64,000 nt of DNA from Bacteroidales bacterium (GCA_018400295.1 JAGYMZ010000001.1:2672-66671), one strand, 5' to 3'; counted from the stretch's first letter, positions 1-11,365 are shown. The notes: generated by a model from the sequence alone, not told the origin. Numbers and translations are program-made.

Positions 1-616
1 TTACACCCGTTCCACAGGAGAGGGTTTCACCTTCTATACCTCGTTCATAAGACCGGACAAAAATGGAATGTTTTTGCTTTTCAATAAGATCGATGTTAAT
101 TCCATGTTTCTTATATTCAGGGGAGTACCGTATCTTCCTGGCAATGGCGATGAGGTCGCTGCTTTCAATATTCTCCTGAAACAAGAGGTAATGAGGCACG
201 CCCGAATCAACGACCATGAAATCTTTTTCCCGGCGGATGATTTCAGGATCTTTCATTTTGAGTCTGATCGTGAACATGCCTTTATCCCTGCCAAGGATCA
301 GGGCTTCGTGCAAACCGTCACCGGCCATAAAGACTGTATTTTTTTCGATGATCCCCAGTGAAAAGGCATAGCCTGCGATGCATCTTCCGCCGTTTCCGCA
401 CATACCTGCAGGGGTACCGTCAGGGTTATAAAAATCCATGCCGAAATCAGCTTCGGGGGAATGCTCCAAAAAAATGATCCCGTCACTACCGATGCCAAAA
501 TTGCGGTCGCACAGGTGCCTGATCACTCTGGCATCCTTTTTGAAGCATTTGGTACGGTTGTCAATCAGGATAAAATCATTTCCGGTGCCCTGGTACTTGT
601 GAAATTCAATTTTCAT
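1..616 (-). CDS. dapF: diaminopimelate epimerase (3' end truncated by window edge)
   Basis: Manual translation (absent from ORF track): MKIEFHKYQGTGNDF...MCGNGGRC...ETLSCGTGV, with both catalytic Cys motifs; frame runs off position 1. Confidence 0.95.
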   Translation of the reverse strand, partial: MKIEFHKYQGTGNDFILIDNRTKCFKKDARVIRHLCDRNFGIGSDGIIFLEHSPEADFGMDFYNPDGTPAGMCGNGGRCIAGYAFSLGIIEKNTVFMAGDGLHEALILGRDKGMFTIRLKMKDPEIIRREKDFMVVDSGVPHYLLFQENIESSDLIAIARKIRYSPEYKKHGINIDLIEKQKHSIFVRSYERGIEGETLSCGTGV

Positions 617-620
617 TGCA

Positions 621-628
621 CAAATATA
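621..628 (-). promoter_or_regulatory. Bacteroidota housekeeping -7 promoter element (TATATTTG) for dapF
   Basis: Plus strand CAAATATA, 4 nt upstream of dapF ATG; matches TAnnTTTG. Confidence 0.55.
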
Positions 629-857
629 ATCGTGTAAATGAGTAAATACAAGATAAAAGGTCCAAATGTATGCTGGTGGCAGCACTTATGCAATCTTCCT
701 GGGAAGGTGTTTGCGAAGCGATTATGAAGTTCCCTTCCCTTTCTGTGGTGTTGGTGTATGCAATTAACAAAAATTAACAGGATGGGAGATAAGAATTCAG
801 AGGGGGATGTCGTTTTTTTTCTGAACATTCCGGCCAATATATTGTTAAAATTTAAAT

Positions 858-2327
858 ATGGATATGATTAAGAAAGCATTGATCACATTAGGGATTTTTA
901 TTCTGGGCGGAATTTCTGTTGTATTGATTTCCAGCCAGATGAAAAATGAAAGGGAAAGAGATCTTCCCCATATTCAACCACTTCCCGAAATGCAGGTTCA
1001 CAAAACAGGGTATACCGGCCATACGGCTGTTACAGGTCCTGATTTCACCCTTGCTGCTGAGAAAACAGTAAATGCCGTGGTTCACATTCGTTCTCAATTT
1101 TTGAGAAAAAGCAATACCTATGATGATTTTTTTGGGGCTTTGCGCGAATATTTCGGATATGATCAACCGAATCAGCGCCAGTATCCCATATCCGGATGGG
1201 GGTCTGGCGTGATCATTTCTTCAGAAGGTTTTATCGTTACCAATAATCATGTTGTATCCGGGGCAGAATTGGTTGAAGTTACCCTGAATGACAAGCGAAC
1301 GTACGAAGCGGAAATCGTCGGTACGGATCCCACCACCGACCTTGCTGTTATCAGGATAAAAGAGCGGGGCCTTCCGTTCGTGCGCTATGGAAATTCCGAT
1401 GAAGTCAGGGTAGGGGAGTGGGTTTTGGCTGTGGGTAACCCATTTAATCTGACATCAACCGTCACTGCCGGCATTGTAAGTGCGAAAGCAAGGGATATTA
1501 ACATCCTGGGAAATCAGGCGGGCATCGAATCTTTCATTCAGACCGATGCGGCGGTAAACCGGGGGAACAGTGGCGGCGCGCTGGTGAACAATAAGGGTGC
1601 GTTGATAGGTATCAATGCCGCCATTGCAAGCAATACCGGTTCGTATACCGGCTACTCCTTTGCCATTCCGGTGAATATTGTCAGAAAGGTGGTGGAAGAT
1701 ATTATGCTCTATGGGGATGTTCAACGCGCATATCTCGGTGTAGTTGTTCGGGATATTGATAGTGATTTTGCTGAAGAAATGGGCCTTAAGAACCTGAAAG
1801 GACTTTACGTTGAAGCAATTTCTGAAAGTGGCGGCGCAGAAGCATCGGGAATTGAACGGGGAGATGTGATTACACATATCAATGGCATAGAGGTTAACAG
1901 CCTGTCGCAATTGCTGGAAGTTGTCGGGCAGTTTCGCCCCGGCGATGAAGTCTGGGTTGATGTATACCGGGGTCGTAAGACCATGAAGTTTAATGTTGAA
2001 CTTAAGAATGAAGATGGCACCACTTCGGTAATCAAGAAAGAGGAGAAATTTTATCAGGAAAAACTGGGTGCCACACTTCAAAGAATAACCAATGAGGAAA
2101 AGCGCATATACAGGATCAAGAACGGATTGAAGATTTCTTCAGTTGAGCCGGACGGTATCCTTAGCAGCGGAGGCATACGAAAGGGGTTTATTATTGTTAT
2201 GATCAACGATAAACCGGTAAGTAATAAGTCCAGTCTTGATCGTGCCATTAAATCAAGTGAAGATTTCATCAAGATCCAGGGGGTGTATCCCAATGGTATG
2301 CGCGTCACGTATGAATTTGGTTTATAG
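858..2327 (+). CDS. degP: Do/HtrA family periplasmic serine protease with PDZ domains
   Basis: N-terminal membrane anchor; TNNHVV (His), DLAVI (Asp), GNSGGAL (Ser) catalytic triad; two C-terminal PDZ-like regions. Confidence 0.93.
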   Translation: MDMIKKALITLGIFILGGISVVLISSQMKNERERDLPHIQPLPEMQVHKTGYTGHTAVTGPDFTLAAEKTVNAVVHIRSQFLRKSNTYDDFFGALREYFGYDQPNQRQYPISGWGSGVIISSEGFIVTNNHVVSGAELVEVTLNDKRTYEAEIVGTDPTTDLAVIRIKERGLPFVRYGNSDEVRVGEWVLAVGNPFNLTSTVTAGIVSAKARDINILGNQAGIESFIQTDAAVNRGNSGGALVNNKGALIGINAAIASNTGSYTGYSFAIPVNIVRKVVEDIMLYGDVQRAYLGVVVRDIDSDFAEEMGLKNLKGLYVEAISESGGAEASGIERGDVITHINGIEVNSLSQLLEVVGQFRPGDEVWVDVYRGRKTMKFNVELKNEDGTTSVIKKEEKFYQEKLGATLQRITNEEKRIYRIKNGLKISSVEPDGILSSGGIRKGFIIVMINDKPVSNKSSLDRAIKSSEDFIKIQGVYPNGMRVTYEFGL

Positions 2328-2471
2328 AATGATCGGTGCCAGTGGCAGAAGGATTGAATGGTTTTTTCCGCCTGATTGGAGGAAGCGCGTTACGGAACTT
2401 GATATTTAGGAATGATGCAATTTTCAGAAGGATTTTATCGTTAAAATATTTTAAATGAGCAAATTTTTTTG

Positions 2472-2479
2472 TATATTTG
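2472..2479 (+). promoter_or_regulatory. -7 promoter element (TATATTTG) for rpoD
   Basis: Exact TAnnTTTG match 68 nt upstream of ATG. Confidence 0.6.
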
Positions 2480-2547
2480 CACGCTATTTTCAAAAATAAG
2501 TTCTTCTGATACAGCGTATTTTTTACAGGATTTAGAGAAAGGAGATT

Positions 2548-3414
2548 ATGAGGCAATTAAAGATCACAAAATCCATTACCAACCGTGAAACCGCATCTCT
2601 TGACAAGTATCTGCAGGACATAGGAAAAGAAGAACTTATAACCGCTGAGGAAGAAGTCGAATTAGCCCGGAGGATCAAGCAGGGAGAACAGGGAGCGCTG
2701 GAGAAGCTAACCAAAGCCAATTTGCGTTTCGTTGTGTCTGTTGCAAAACAGTATCAGAACCAGGGATTGAGTTTGCCTGATCTGATAAATGAGGGAAATT
2801 TAGGTTTGATCAAGGCAGCGAAACGGTTCGATGAAACCCGGGGATTTAAGTTTATTTCTTATGCCGTGTGGTGGATCAGGCAGTCTATTTTACAGGCACT
2901 GGCCGAACAGTCCAGACTGGTCCGGTTGCCGCTCAACCAGGTCGGGTCTTTGAACAAGATCAAAAAGGCCTCATCAAAATTGGAACAGACATACGAACGT
3001 ACGCCTTCCACGGATGAGATCGCTGAATTGATGGAATTACCTGAATACAAGGTGGATAAAGCGATGAAGATCACCACCAAGTATGTTTCCATGGATGCAC
3101 CCATTGCACCGGATGAGGATACAAAATTACTGGATGTTTTTGTCAATGATGACAGCCCAACTACCGATTCAACCCTGATGAGGGAATCGCTGAACAAGGA
3201 AATTCAACGGTCGCTGTCTACGCTTACCGAAAAAGAAAGGGACGTGATCAACCTGTATTACGGTATTGGGATGAATCATGGACTAACACTGGAAGAGATC
3301 GGGGCGAAATTCGATCTTACCAGGGAAAGAGTGAGACAGATCAAAGAAAAGGCCATACGCAGGTTGAAACATACATCAAGGAGTAAGCTTCTTAAAGCTT
3401 ACCTCGGTGAATGA
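2548..3414 (+). CDS. rpoD: primary sigma-70 factor, Bacteroidota type (lacks region 1.1)
   Basis: [11 protein letters not shown] start typical of Bacteroidota; [46 protein letters not shown]. Confidence 0.95.
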   Translation: MRQLKITKSITNRETASLDKYLQDIGKEELITAEEEVELARRIKQGEQGALEKLTKANLRFVVSVAKQYQNQGLSLPDLINEGNLGLIKAAKRFDETRGFKFISYAVWWIRQSILQALAEQSRLVRLPLNQVGSLNKIKKASSKLEQTYERTPSTDEIAELMELPEYKVDKAMKITTKYVSMDAPIAPDEDTKLLDVFVNDDSPTTDSTLMRESLNKEIQRSLSTLTEKERDVINLYYGIGMNHGLTLEEIGAKFDLTRERVRQIKEKAIRRLKHTSRSKLLKAYLGE

Positions 3415-3433
3415 TTTGTTTATTTCTTTGGAT

Positions 3434-3475
3434 AAAAAGGGATTTCATTTGCTATAAATGTGATCCCTTTTTTTT
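3434..3475 (+). terminator. intrinsic terminator after rpoD
   Basis: AAAAAGGGAT..CATTT-gctat-AAATG..ATCCCTTTTTTTT hairpin followed by T-run. Confidence 0.7.
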
Positions 3476-3482
3476 ATATTTG
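3475..3482 (+). promoter_or_regulatory. -7 promoter element (TATATTTG) for gap
   Basis: TAnnTTTG match overlapping the end of the rpoD terminator T-tract. Confidence 0.5.
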
Positions 3483-3536
3483 AATATTTTCCATATAGTG
3501 TGCGTTTAATATTCTTTTACAAAAAACTGGTATCGT

Positions 3537-5015
3537 ATGGCAAATCAACACGACAAAAACCTTGAAGTAAATGAGCATTCATTTAACCATTCCCTGCATA
3601 AGTGGAATGAAGATGAAAAAGCGGGCCTTGAGTTCATCGGTTTATTGGGAAAACTTTTTTATGATAAGTCGGTAGAGCTGATTTTTTTTAGAAGCCAATT
3701 GATAGACCGCAGTGCGAGTGTCATCCTGTACAAACATTCTTATGCAAAAACCGTTATCGGGGAAGCCCTGGATATCCGGATATCCCTGGCCCTGGCCAAA
3801 TCCATCCTGGAACTGGGTATTGAGAATGCCAGGCTGGATATCGGGAAACTTAATTATGAATGGACAAGGGAAAAGGATGATTTCAAGGATTATAATGATT
3901 TTATATCCGGCAAACTGAAACATATCCATAATAAAAAGCCGCCTTTCGACAGGCCCCGTGATGTTGTACTGTTCGGGTTCGGACGGATTGGAAGGCTTCT
4001 TCTCAGGGAGTTGATCATTCAGGGAAATGGGACACAACTCAGGGTGAGGGCCGTGGTTACCCGGAGGGTTACTGCTGAGGATATTCGTAAACGTGCTTCC
4101 CTCATACGGCATGATTCAATACATGGTCCGTTCCGGGGTAACGTTATTGAAGATACGGATAATAAAGAGATTTACATTAACGGCCACATTGTTAAAATGA
4201 TGGAAGGGAGCACCCCTGAAGAGATGGATTATGAACAGGAAGGGATTCGGGATGCCATACTGATCGATAATACAGGTATTTTCCGTGACCGGGAAGGATT
4301 GGGCCGTCACCTTAAATCCAAAGGGATCAGCAAGGTTATTTTTACCGCCCCCGCCAAAGGGGATATTCCCAATATCGTATACGGCATCAACCATTTGGAT
4401 GTTGATCTGGATAAAGAAAACATCTTTTCAGCCGCTTCGTGCACGACAAATGCAATTGTGCCTTCCCTGTATGTGATCGAAAATATACTCGGAATTGACA
4501 AGGGGCATATTGAAACCATCCATGCCTATACAAATGATCAGAACCTGATCGATAACTATCATAAGAAGCCCAGGCGGGGACGTGCTGCGCCCCTGAACAT
4601 GGTCATTACATCCACCGGTGCCGGTTCGGCAGCCGCGAAAGCCATACCTTCCCTGGCCGGGAAGCTGACCGCCAACGCCGTACGGGTGCCAACCCCGAAT
4701 GTTTCCCTTGCCATATTGTCCTTACAGGTTAAGACGAAGACCGATAGGGATTCCCTGGATAATATTATGAGGGATGCTGCCCTCAGGGGAAAACTGGTGG
4801 AACAGATCCGTTATTCGGCTTCCAATGAATCGGTCTCCAGTGATTTTATCGGGGATCCGGTTGCCGCCATATACGACTCCCCTTCTACCAAGGTTTCTGC
4901 GGATGGTAAAAATATCATGCTATACCTATGGTACGACAATGAGTTTGGTTATGCCATACAGGTCATCCGGCTGGCAAAACACGTGGCCAAAGTTAAAAGA
5001 TACAGGTACTATTAA
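3537..5015 (+). CDS. gap: glyceraldehyde-3-phosphate dehydrogenase, long form with N-terminal extension
   Basis: GFGRIGR, ASCTTN catalytic motif, ETIHAYTNDQ, WYDNEFGY; about 140-aa N-terminal extension. Confidence 0.93.
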   Translation: MANQHDKNLEVNEHSFNHSLHKWNEDEKAGLEFIGLLGKLFYDKSVELIFFRSQLIDRSASVILYKHSYAKTVIGEALDIRISLALAKSILELGIENARLDIGKLNYEWTREKDDFKDYNDFISGKLKHIHNKKPPFDRPRDVVLFGFGRIGRLLLRELIIQGNGTQLRVRAVVTRRVTAEDIRKRASLIRHDSIHGPFRGNVIEDTDNKEIYINGHIVKMMEGSTPEEMDYEQEGIRDAILIDNTGIFRDREGLGRHLKSKGISKVIFTAPAKGDIPNIVYGINHLDVDLDKENIFSAASCTTNAIVPSLYVIENILGIDKGHIETIHAYTNDQNLIDNYHKKPRRGRAAPLNMVITSTGAGSAAAKAIPSLAGKLTANAVRVPTPNVSLAILSLQVKTKTDRDSLDNIMRDAALRGKLVEQIRYSASNESVSSDFIGDPVAAIYDSPSTKVSADGKNIMLYLWYDNEFGYAIQVIRLAKHVAKVKRYRYY

Positions 5016-5069
5016 GCCGTTTTCTTTTCTGTTTATTCATATTTCTGTTATTTTGTGTTTGAAATTTAA

Positions 5070-6686
<1,617 letters not shown>

Positions 6687-6732
6687 AGTACGTTCGCCGG
6701 TTCCGGTCCTTCGATAATTGAACTAATTAATC

Positions 6733-6740
6733 TATCTTTG
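6733..6740 (+). promoter_or_regulatory. -7 promoter element (TATCTTTG) for yidC
   Basis: TAnnTTTG match 27 nt upstream of ATG. Confidence 0.55.
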
Positions 6741-6767
6741 CAAACGCATTCCTGAAAAATAGCAACG

Positions 6768-8744
6768 ATGAATCGCAACACGGTACTTGGTCTTATCCTG
6801 ATCTTTGGAATTTTTATTGGTTGGAGCCTTCTGATGCGCCCCTCGAAGGAAGAACAGGAAAAAATGCAGCGCAGGCAGGATTCCATAGTTCGGGCGGATT
6901 CCATCAATGCTGCCAGGATGGCTGCTGAAAAACGGATCCGTGATTCACTTGCCATCGCCGAAAAAATATTGCAGCAACAGCAACAACCCGTTGTTCCGGA
7001 AGAGGCCCCGGTTGAGCCCGAAAAAGCTGTTGCAGATGATGCAAAACACGGAAAGGATCGCCGGGAAATGTTTGGCATTTTTGCCGAAGCGATGGATAAG
7101 GACGAAAAGCATATAGTCCTGGGAAATAAGCGCCTCGAACTTACCCTGACCACCGAAGGAGGGAAAATATACAAAGTTCGGTTAAAGGATTACCAGACTT
7201 ACGATTCACTTCCCCTGATCCTTTTTGATTCCGATACCTCCGCCTTCGGTTTGCAGTTTTTTGCACAAAACCGTACAATCTTTACCGATGCATTGCATTT
7301 TGAACCTTATTTCAATGGTTCTCCTTTTGAGGGCAATGCATTGCAAGCCGAAGACGGAAAGCCGGTTACGCTTAGCATGCGCTTAAAACCATCTGTAAAT
7401 GACTCCCGTGCCGGTCCGGAACGGTACATTGAATACATATACACGGTTGAGCCGGATGCGTATATGATATCCATGGACATAAAGATTGTTGGTATGCAGG
7501 ATGTGATTTCCACCTCCGGCAGCATTTTGGATCTGAAATGGAGGACCAACCTGCGAAAACAGGAAAAATCCGTCGACCGTTTCAATGGTTCGACCATCTA
7601 TTATAAATTCGAGGACGGAGATACGGATTATTTGTCGGAACGTAGCGACGATAAAGAATCTTTAACGGATAAGATCAAATGGGCGTCCTTCAAACAGCAT
7701 TTTTTCAGTTCAACCATCATTGCCGGGGAGCATTTTGTAAACCCGGTGATGGAAACCTATACCCATCCGGAACCCCTGAGCGAACGGTATCTGAAAACCA
7801 TGGATCTCACACTGGGCATTCCCTATCAGGGGGAACCGGAGCGCCAGGTTGATATGCAATTCTATTTTGGTCCCAACAAGTATTCCACCATGCGGAAATA
7901 CCAGCTGGACCTGGAAAAACAGATCCCGCTGGGCTGGAGCTTCTTTTTGCTTCAGTGGATCAACCGATTTGCTGTTATTCCGGTATTTAATTGGCTGGGT
8001 AGTTTTGGATGGAATTACGGGATCATCATTCTGGTGCTTACCATCATGCTTAAGGTCGTACTTTTCCCCGTTGCATATAAAATGTATAAATCCACAGCAA
8101 AAATGCGGGTGCTCAAGCCCGAGGTGGATGAAATATCCAAAAAGTTTCCCAAAAAGGAAGATGCAATGAAAAAGCAGAAAGCAACCATGGACCTTTACAA
8201 AAAGGCCGGAGTCAATCCAATGGCCGGTTGTGTGCCCATGTTGCTTCAGCTCCCGATTTTGATCGCATTGTTCCGTTTTTTCCCCTCATCAATTGAATTG
8301 CGTCAACAACCTTTTCTCTGGGCCACAGACCTGTCAAGCTATGATTCCATTTTGAAATTACCCTTCGATATTCCGTTTTATGGGGATCATGTCAGCTTAT
8401 TCACCTTATTGATGACGGTCTCAACCATAATTTATACCCGGGTCAATAACCAGATGATGGGGGCATCAAGTTCCCAGATGCCTGGCATGAAAACGATGAT
8501 GTATATCATGCCTGTCATGTTCCTGGGGATCTTTAACAACTATGCCTCTGCATTAAGTTATTATTATCTTCTGGCCAACCTGATCACTTTTGGTCAAATG
8601 TTTATTATCCGCAAGACCATCAACGAAAAGAAAATTTATTTGAAGATCCAGGAGAAGAAGAAAAAGCCCAAAACCAAGTCTGGATTCCAGAAACGCCTTG
8701 AAGAAGCTGCAAAGAAAAAAGGATATGACCCCCGGCGACGGTAG
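6768..8744 (+). CDS. yidC: membrane protein insertase YidC
   Basis: N-terminal TM, large periplasmic domain, YFGP, NYGIIILVLT, NPMAGCVPMLLQLP, FLWATDLS. Confidence 0.95.
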   Translation: MNRNTVLGLILIFGIFIGWSLLMRPSKEEQEKMQRRQDSIVRADSINAARMAAEKRIRDSLAIAEKILQQQQQPVVPEEAPVEPEKAVADDAKHGKDRREMFGIFAEAMDKDEKHIVLGNKRLELTLTTEGGKIYKVRLKDYQTYDSLPLILFDSDTSAFGLQFFAQNRTIFTDALHFEPYFNGSPFEGNALQAEDGKPVTLSMRLKPSVNDSRAGPERYIEYIYTVEPDAYMISMDIKIVGMQDVISTSGSILDLKWRTNLRKQEKSVDRFNGSTIYYKFEDGDTDYLSERSDDKESLTDKIKWASFKQHFFSSTIIAGEHFVNPVMETYTHPEPLSERYLKTMDLTLGIPYQGEPERQVDMQFYFGPNKYSTMRKYQLDLEKQIPLGWSFFLLQWINRFAVIPVFNWLGSFGWNYGIIILVLTIMLKVVLFPVAYKMYKSTAKMRVLKPEVDEISKKFPKKEDAMKKQKATMDLYKKAGVNPMAGCVPMLLQLPILIALFRFFPSSIELRQQPFLWATDLSSYDSILKLPFDIPFYGDHVSLFTLLMTVSTIIYTRVNNQMMGASSSQMPGMKTMMYIMPVMFLGIFNNYASALSYYYLLANLITFGQMFIIRKTINEKKIYLKIQEKKKKPKTKSGFQKRLEEAAKKKGYDPRRR

Positions 8745-8877
8745 CTAACGAAAAAGCATCTTGAAAACGGACGCCGGCAGCGCTGTTCAAAACTCCCGAT
8801 ACAATCCGCTTTCCCCTTCTGTGAGGAAGCCGAGGAGGGTCTTTCAGTACGGGATGTGCATGCCTTGTTTACGTGGT

Positions 8878-9102
8878 TCAGGCCTCTTTGATCCGGGCAT
8901 AGGCAATGGGTGGCTGGATGGAGTCATCAATTTTTAGTTCAACGACATCATCGTATTCTTTTAACATTCTGGACAAGCGGCCGTACCTGATCTCTTTTTT
9001 TCGCAAGTAAGCACCGATCTTGGCCAGGTTTGCCCATCCTGATTCGTCTGCACTCCTGGAAATGGCCTCAATTACTTCGGAACGTATTTGTGATTTATCC
9101 AT
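8878..9102 (-). CDS. stand-alone OST-HTH/LOTUS domain protein
   Basis: 74 aa; AI..S.DESGWANLAKIG.YL...YGRLSRML..PIAYARIK matches the bacterial LOTUS pattern (GWxxLxxxG...YGxxxL); A-rich start context. Confidence 0.75.
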   Translation of the reverse strand: MDKSQIRSEVIEAISRSADESGWANLAKIGAYLRKKEIRYGRLSRMLKEYDDVVELKIDDSIQPPIAYARIKEA

Positions 9103-9180
9103 AATGCTTTTATAACAATTCTTTAATTACAATGCTGTTACCATAACATGTGACGCACTGCATGTTATATAAAGGGAATT

Positions 9181-9231
9181 TATTGCCGGCGGCAATAGAT
9201 GGATCTTATGTGCCTATTGCCTGTGGCAATA
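9181..9231. repeat. tandem pair of perfect palindromes TATTGCC-N3-GGCAATA
   Basis: 9181-9197 TATTGCC-ggc-GGCAATA and 9215-9231 TATTGCC-tgt-GGCAATA. Confidence 0.9.
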
Positions 9232-9287
9232 AAAAAGAACGAATGAATCCATAAAAGATTAAGAATAAATATACCTTGTCATCACAA

Positions 9288-9319
9288 CAAATATACGCAT
9301 TTTTTGACCGGAAGTCAAT
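9288..9319 (-). promoter_or_regulatory. promoter for the LOTUS gene (-33 ATTG, 20-nt spacer, -7 TATATTTG)
   Basis: Plus strand CAAATATA at 9288-9295 and CAAT at 9316-9319; implies a leader of about 180 nt. Confidence 0.5.
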
Positions 9320-9410
9320 TGCCCTTTTTTTATTTTTTATACAGAAGTATCACAAAACCAATAGATTCTGCTCATCAACAACAGGAGGTATGGTGTGTAT
9401 AAAGATGTGA

Positions 9411-10013
9411 TTATGTGTTTTGGGATTGAGGGAGGGACAGCAACGTGTGGTGTAAGTCCAATACCTGCGGGATAACCATATGCTTGTCATCATTGATGAT
9501 GATATGATCGGCCAATTGGCATTTCACGGAATCGCTATATTGGTAGTGCATCCTGCGCAATATATCTACCTTGCTGATGTTGTCCCTGTGCATAACCCGT
9601 TGGATGCATGCTTGTTCAGGAGCGGAAACACAAATGGTCACATCCAGGGTTTTATGAAAGCCGCTTTCGAAAAGAAGGGCGGATTCATACATCAGCAGGG
9701 GGGTGTTTTCGAAACGATGGATCCATTTTTGCAATGCTTCGTAAACAAGGGGGTGGATGATCGCATTTATTTTGCTGAGATTTTCTTTTGATGAAAAAAT
9801 GGTCTGTGCCAGTGCGGAAAAATCCAGGCCTCCATCCTTCCCGGCGACCTTTGTTCCGAGAGCGTCGGTTACCCGGCGGACAACCTTTTTATCCCCGTAC
9901 ATCTTCCTGGCTTCTTGGTCTGCATAAAAAACCGGAACATTCAGTGATTCAAATACCCTGGCAACGGTGGTTTTCCCACTTCCAATAATACCGGTGATCC
10001 CTGCCTTGATCAT
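9411..10013 (-). CDS. coaE: dephospho-CoA kinase
   Basis: GITGIIGSGKT P-loop, ADQEAR, INAIIHP, ESALLFE. Confidence 0.95.
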   Translation of the reverse strand: MIKAGITGIIGSGKTTVARVFESLNVPVFYADQEARKMYGDKKVVRRVTDALGTKVAGKDGGLDFSALAQTIFSSKENLSKINAIIHPLVYEALQKWIHRFENTPLLMYESALLFESGFHKTLDVTICVSAPEQACIQRVMHRDNISKVDILRRMHYQYSDSVKCQLADHIIINDDKHMVIPQVLDLHHTLLSLPQSQNT

Positions 10014-11011
10014 GGTTTCATGATGATATAATCTACTTTTTCCGGTATGATCTGTATGACTTTTACAAACGAGGGAGACTGTGTCAGGGTTAGGTTCAGC
10101 TTCCGGATATTGTTCGGATTCTCCCCGGGAAGTTCTGTGCTTACTCTGAACATGTCCGGGTCAACCCGTTTGAAATCTTTCAAAGCAACGAGGTATTTCA
10201 GTTTGACGGTTTCAGGGAATGTCTTTACACGATAACGGTCGGATATGCCCTTGATACGGATGGGCAATTGCAGGCTGGTCTCGGTGAACTTTTCAACAGG
10301 AATGGTCACCTGCACTTCTTCCGAAGAGTATGAAACCGTATTGCTATGTACCGGTATTATTATTTTCAGGTCTTTAGTCACGGTTTCATCCAGGTTTTCC
10401 AGTTTCGTGTACGGCGTACCGATCTTTTCTATGGTGTCAATGCAGGATTCAGGTCCCCGGACCGTTATCTCCGGCGGATCGATACGGATCGTATCGTACA
10501 GCATGTATTGTTTTGCATAGGAGATGTCCATATCCGGCCGTACCGGAACTTTTCGTTCGACAATGCCCGACATGGAAAACCACAGGGTATCGGGAGATAC
10601 ATCCGTTATATTATAGGATGGGGCGAGCCAGTTATTTAACCCGGTAAGCAAATGGTGCGAGTGCATGAAAAACTGACCAGGTAAAGTGGATTCTGTATAT
10701 GGGATGGTGGTCAGGTCAATATCGAAAGGTGAGCGGAACGTCATGTACTTCAGGCTGAACAGGTCGGATCCCTTGGCATTTATCGTGAGCGTTATCTTTT
10801 GTGTCGACTGGCTGATGACTTTTTCAGCCGGGGGATTTCTGAATTTGATCCGGTAATTGACCTGGGCGGAATAATCCTGTGACATTTTGATAAGGATCCA
10901 GATAAAAAGGGAAATACCCAGGCATATCAGGAAAATGTAAAGCTGTTTCCTGAATGTTACGTCTTTGGGCCTGCGGGCCTTGCGTAAGAATCCAATGAAT
11001 GATGGTCTCAA
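10010..11011 (-). CDS. YbbR/CdaR-like domain membrane-anchored protein
   Basis: N-terminal TM, KVPV and GPES..I repeats; conserved Bacteroidota position between yajC and coaE. Confidence 0.75.
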   Translation of the reverse strand: MRPSFIGFLRKARRPKDVTFRKQLYIFLICLGISLFIWILIKMSQDYSAQVNYRIKFRNPPAEKVISQSTQKITLTINAKGSDLFSLKYMTFRSPFDIDLTTIPYTESTLPGQFFMHSHHLLTGLNNWLAPSYNITDVSPDTLWFSMSGIVERKVPVRPDMDISYAKQYMLYDTIRIDPPEITVRGPESCIDTIEKIGTPYTKLENLDETVTKDLKIIIPVHSNTVSYSSEEVQVTIPVEKFTETSLQLPIRIKGISDRYRVKTFPETVKLKYLVALKDFKRVDPDMFRVSTELPGENPNNIRKLNLTLTQSPSFVKVIQIIPEKVDYIIMKP

Positions 11012-11023
11012 ACTATATTTTGC

Positions 11024-11359
11024 TTATTTGTTCCGGCCCAGCTGCGAGGTATTATCCATGGCAACTGCACTCTTTTCAAAAATCATACGGTTTTGATCCC
11101 CGACATCTAAAATAATGGTCGTATCTTTTACTTCCAGGATTTTTCCGTGTATTCCACCTATGGTTACCACTTTATCCCCCTTCTTAAGGTTTTCCCTGAA
11201 CTTTTTTTGTTCTTTGGATTTCCTCATCTGAGGACGGATAAAGAAGAGATAAAATACCACAATAATAAGGATAAGGGGGAGGAATGACATAAAACCTCCG
11301 CCTTCGCCCCCTTCCTGGGGCATAAAAAGCAATGTTGAAAGGAAATGTAACATAGACAA
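11024..11359 (-). CDS. yajC: preprotein translocase subunit YajC
   Basis: [27 protein letters not shown]. Confidence 0.95.
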   Translation of the reverse strand: MSMLHFLSTLLFMPQEGGEGGGFMSFLPLILIIVVFYLFFIRPQMRKSKEQKKFRENLKKGDKVVTIGGIHGKILEVKDTTIILDVGDQNRMIFEKSAVAMDNTSQLGRNK

Positions 11360-11365
11360 ATTTAT

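Noticed and set aside
790-857. Possible ECF-sigma promoter or Rex half-site upstream of degP
   Set aside because: GAATTC...TCTGA spacing (19 nt) and the TTGTTAA half-site lack convincing partners
8760-8870. GC-rich stretch after yidC with GAGGAAGCC (RNase P- or SRP-like words)
   Set aside because: Lacks the full GAGGAAAGUCC and SRP helix-8 motifs; only a weak hairpin is present
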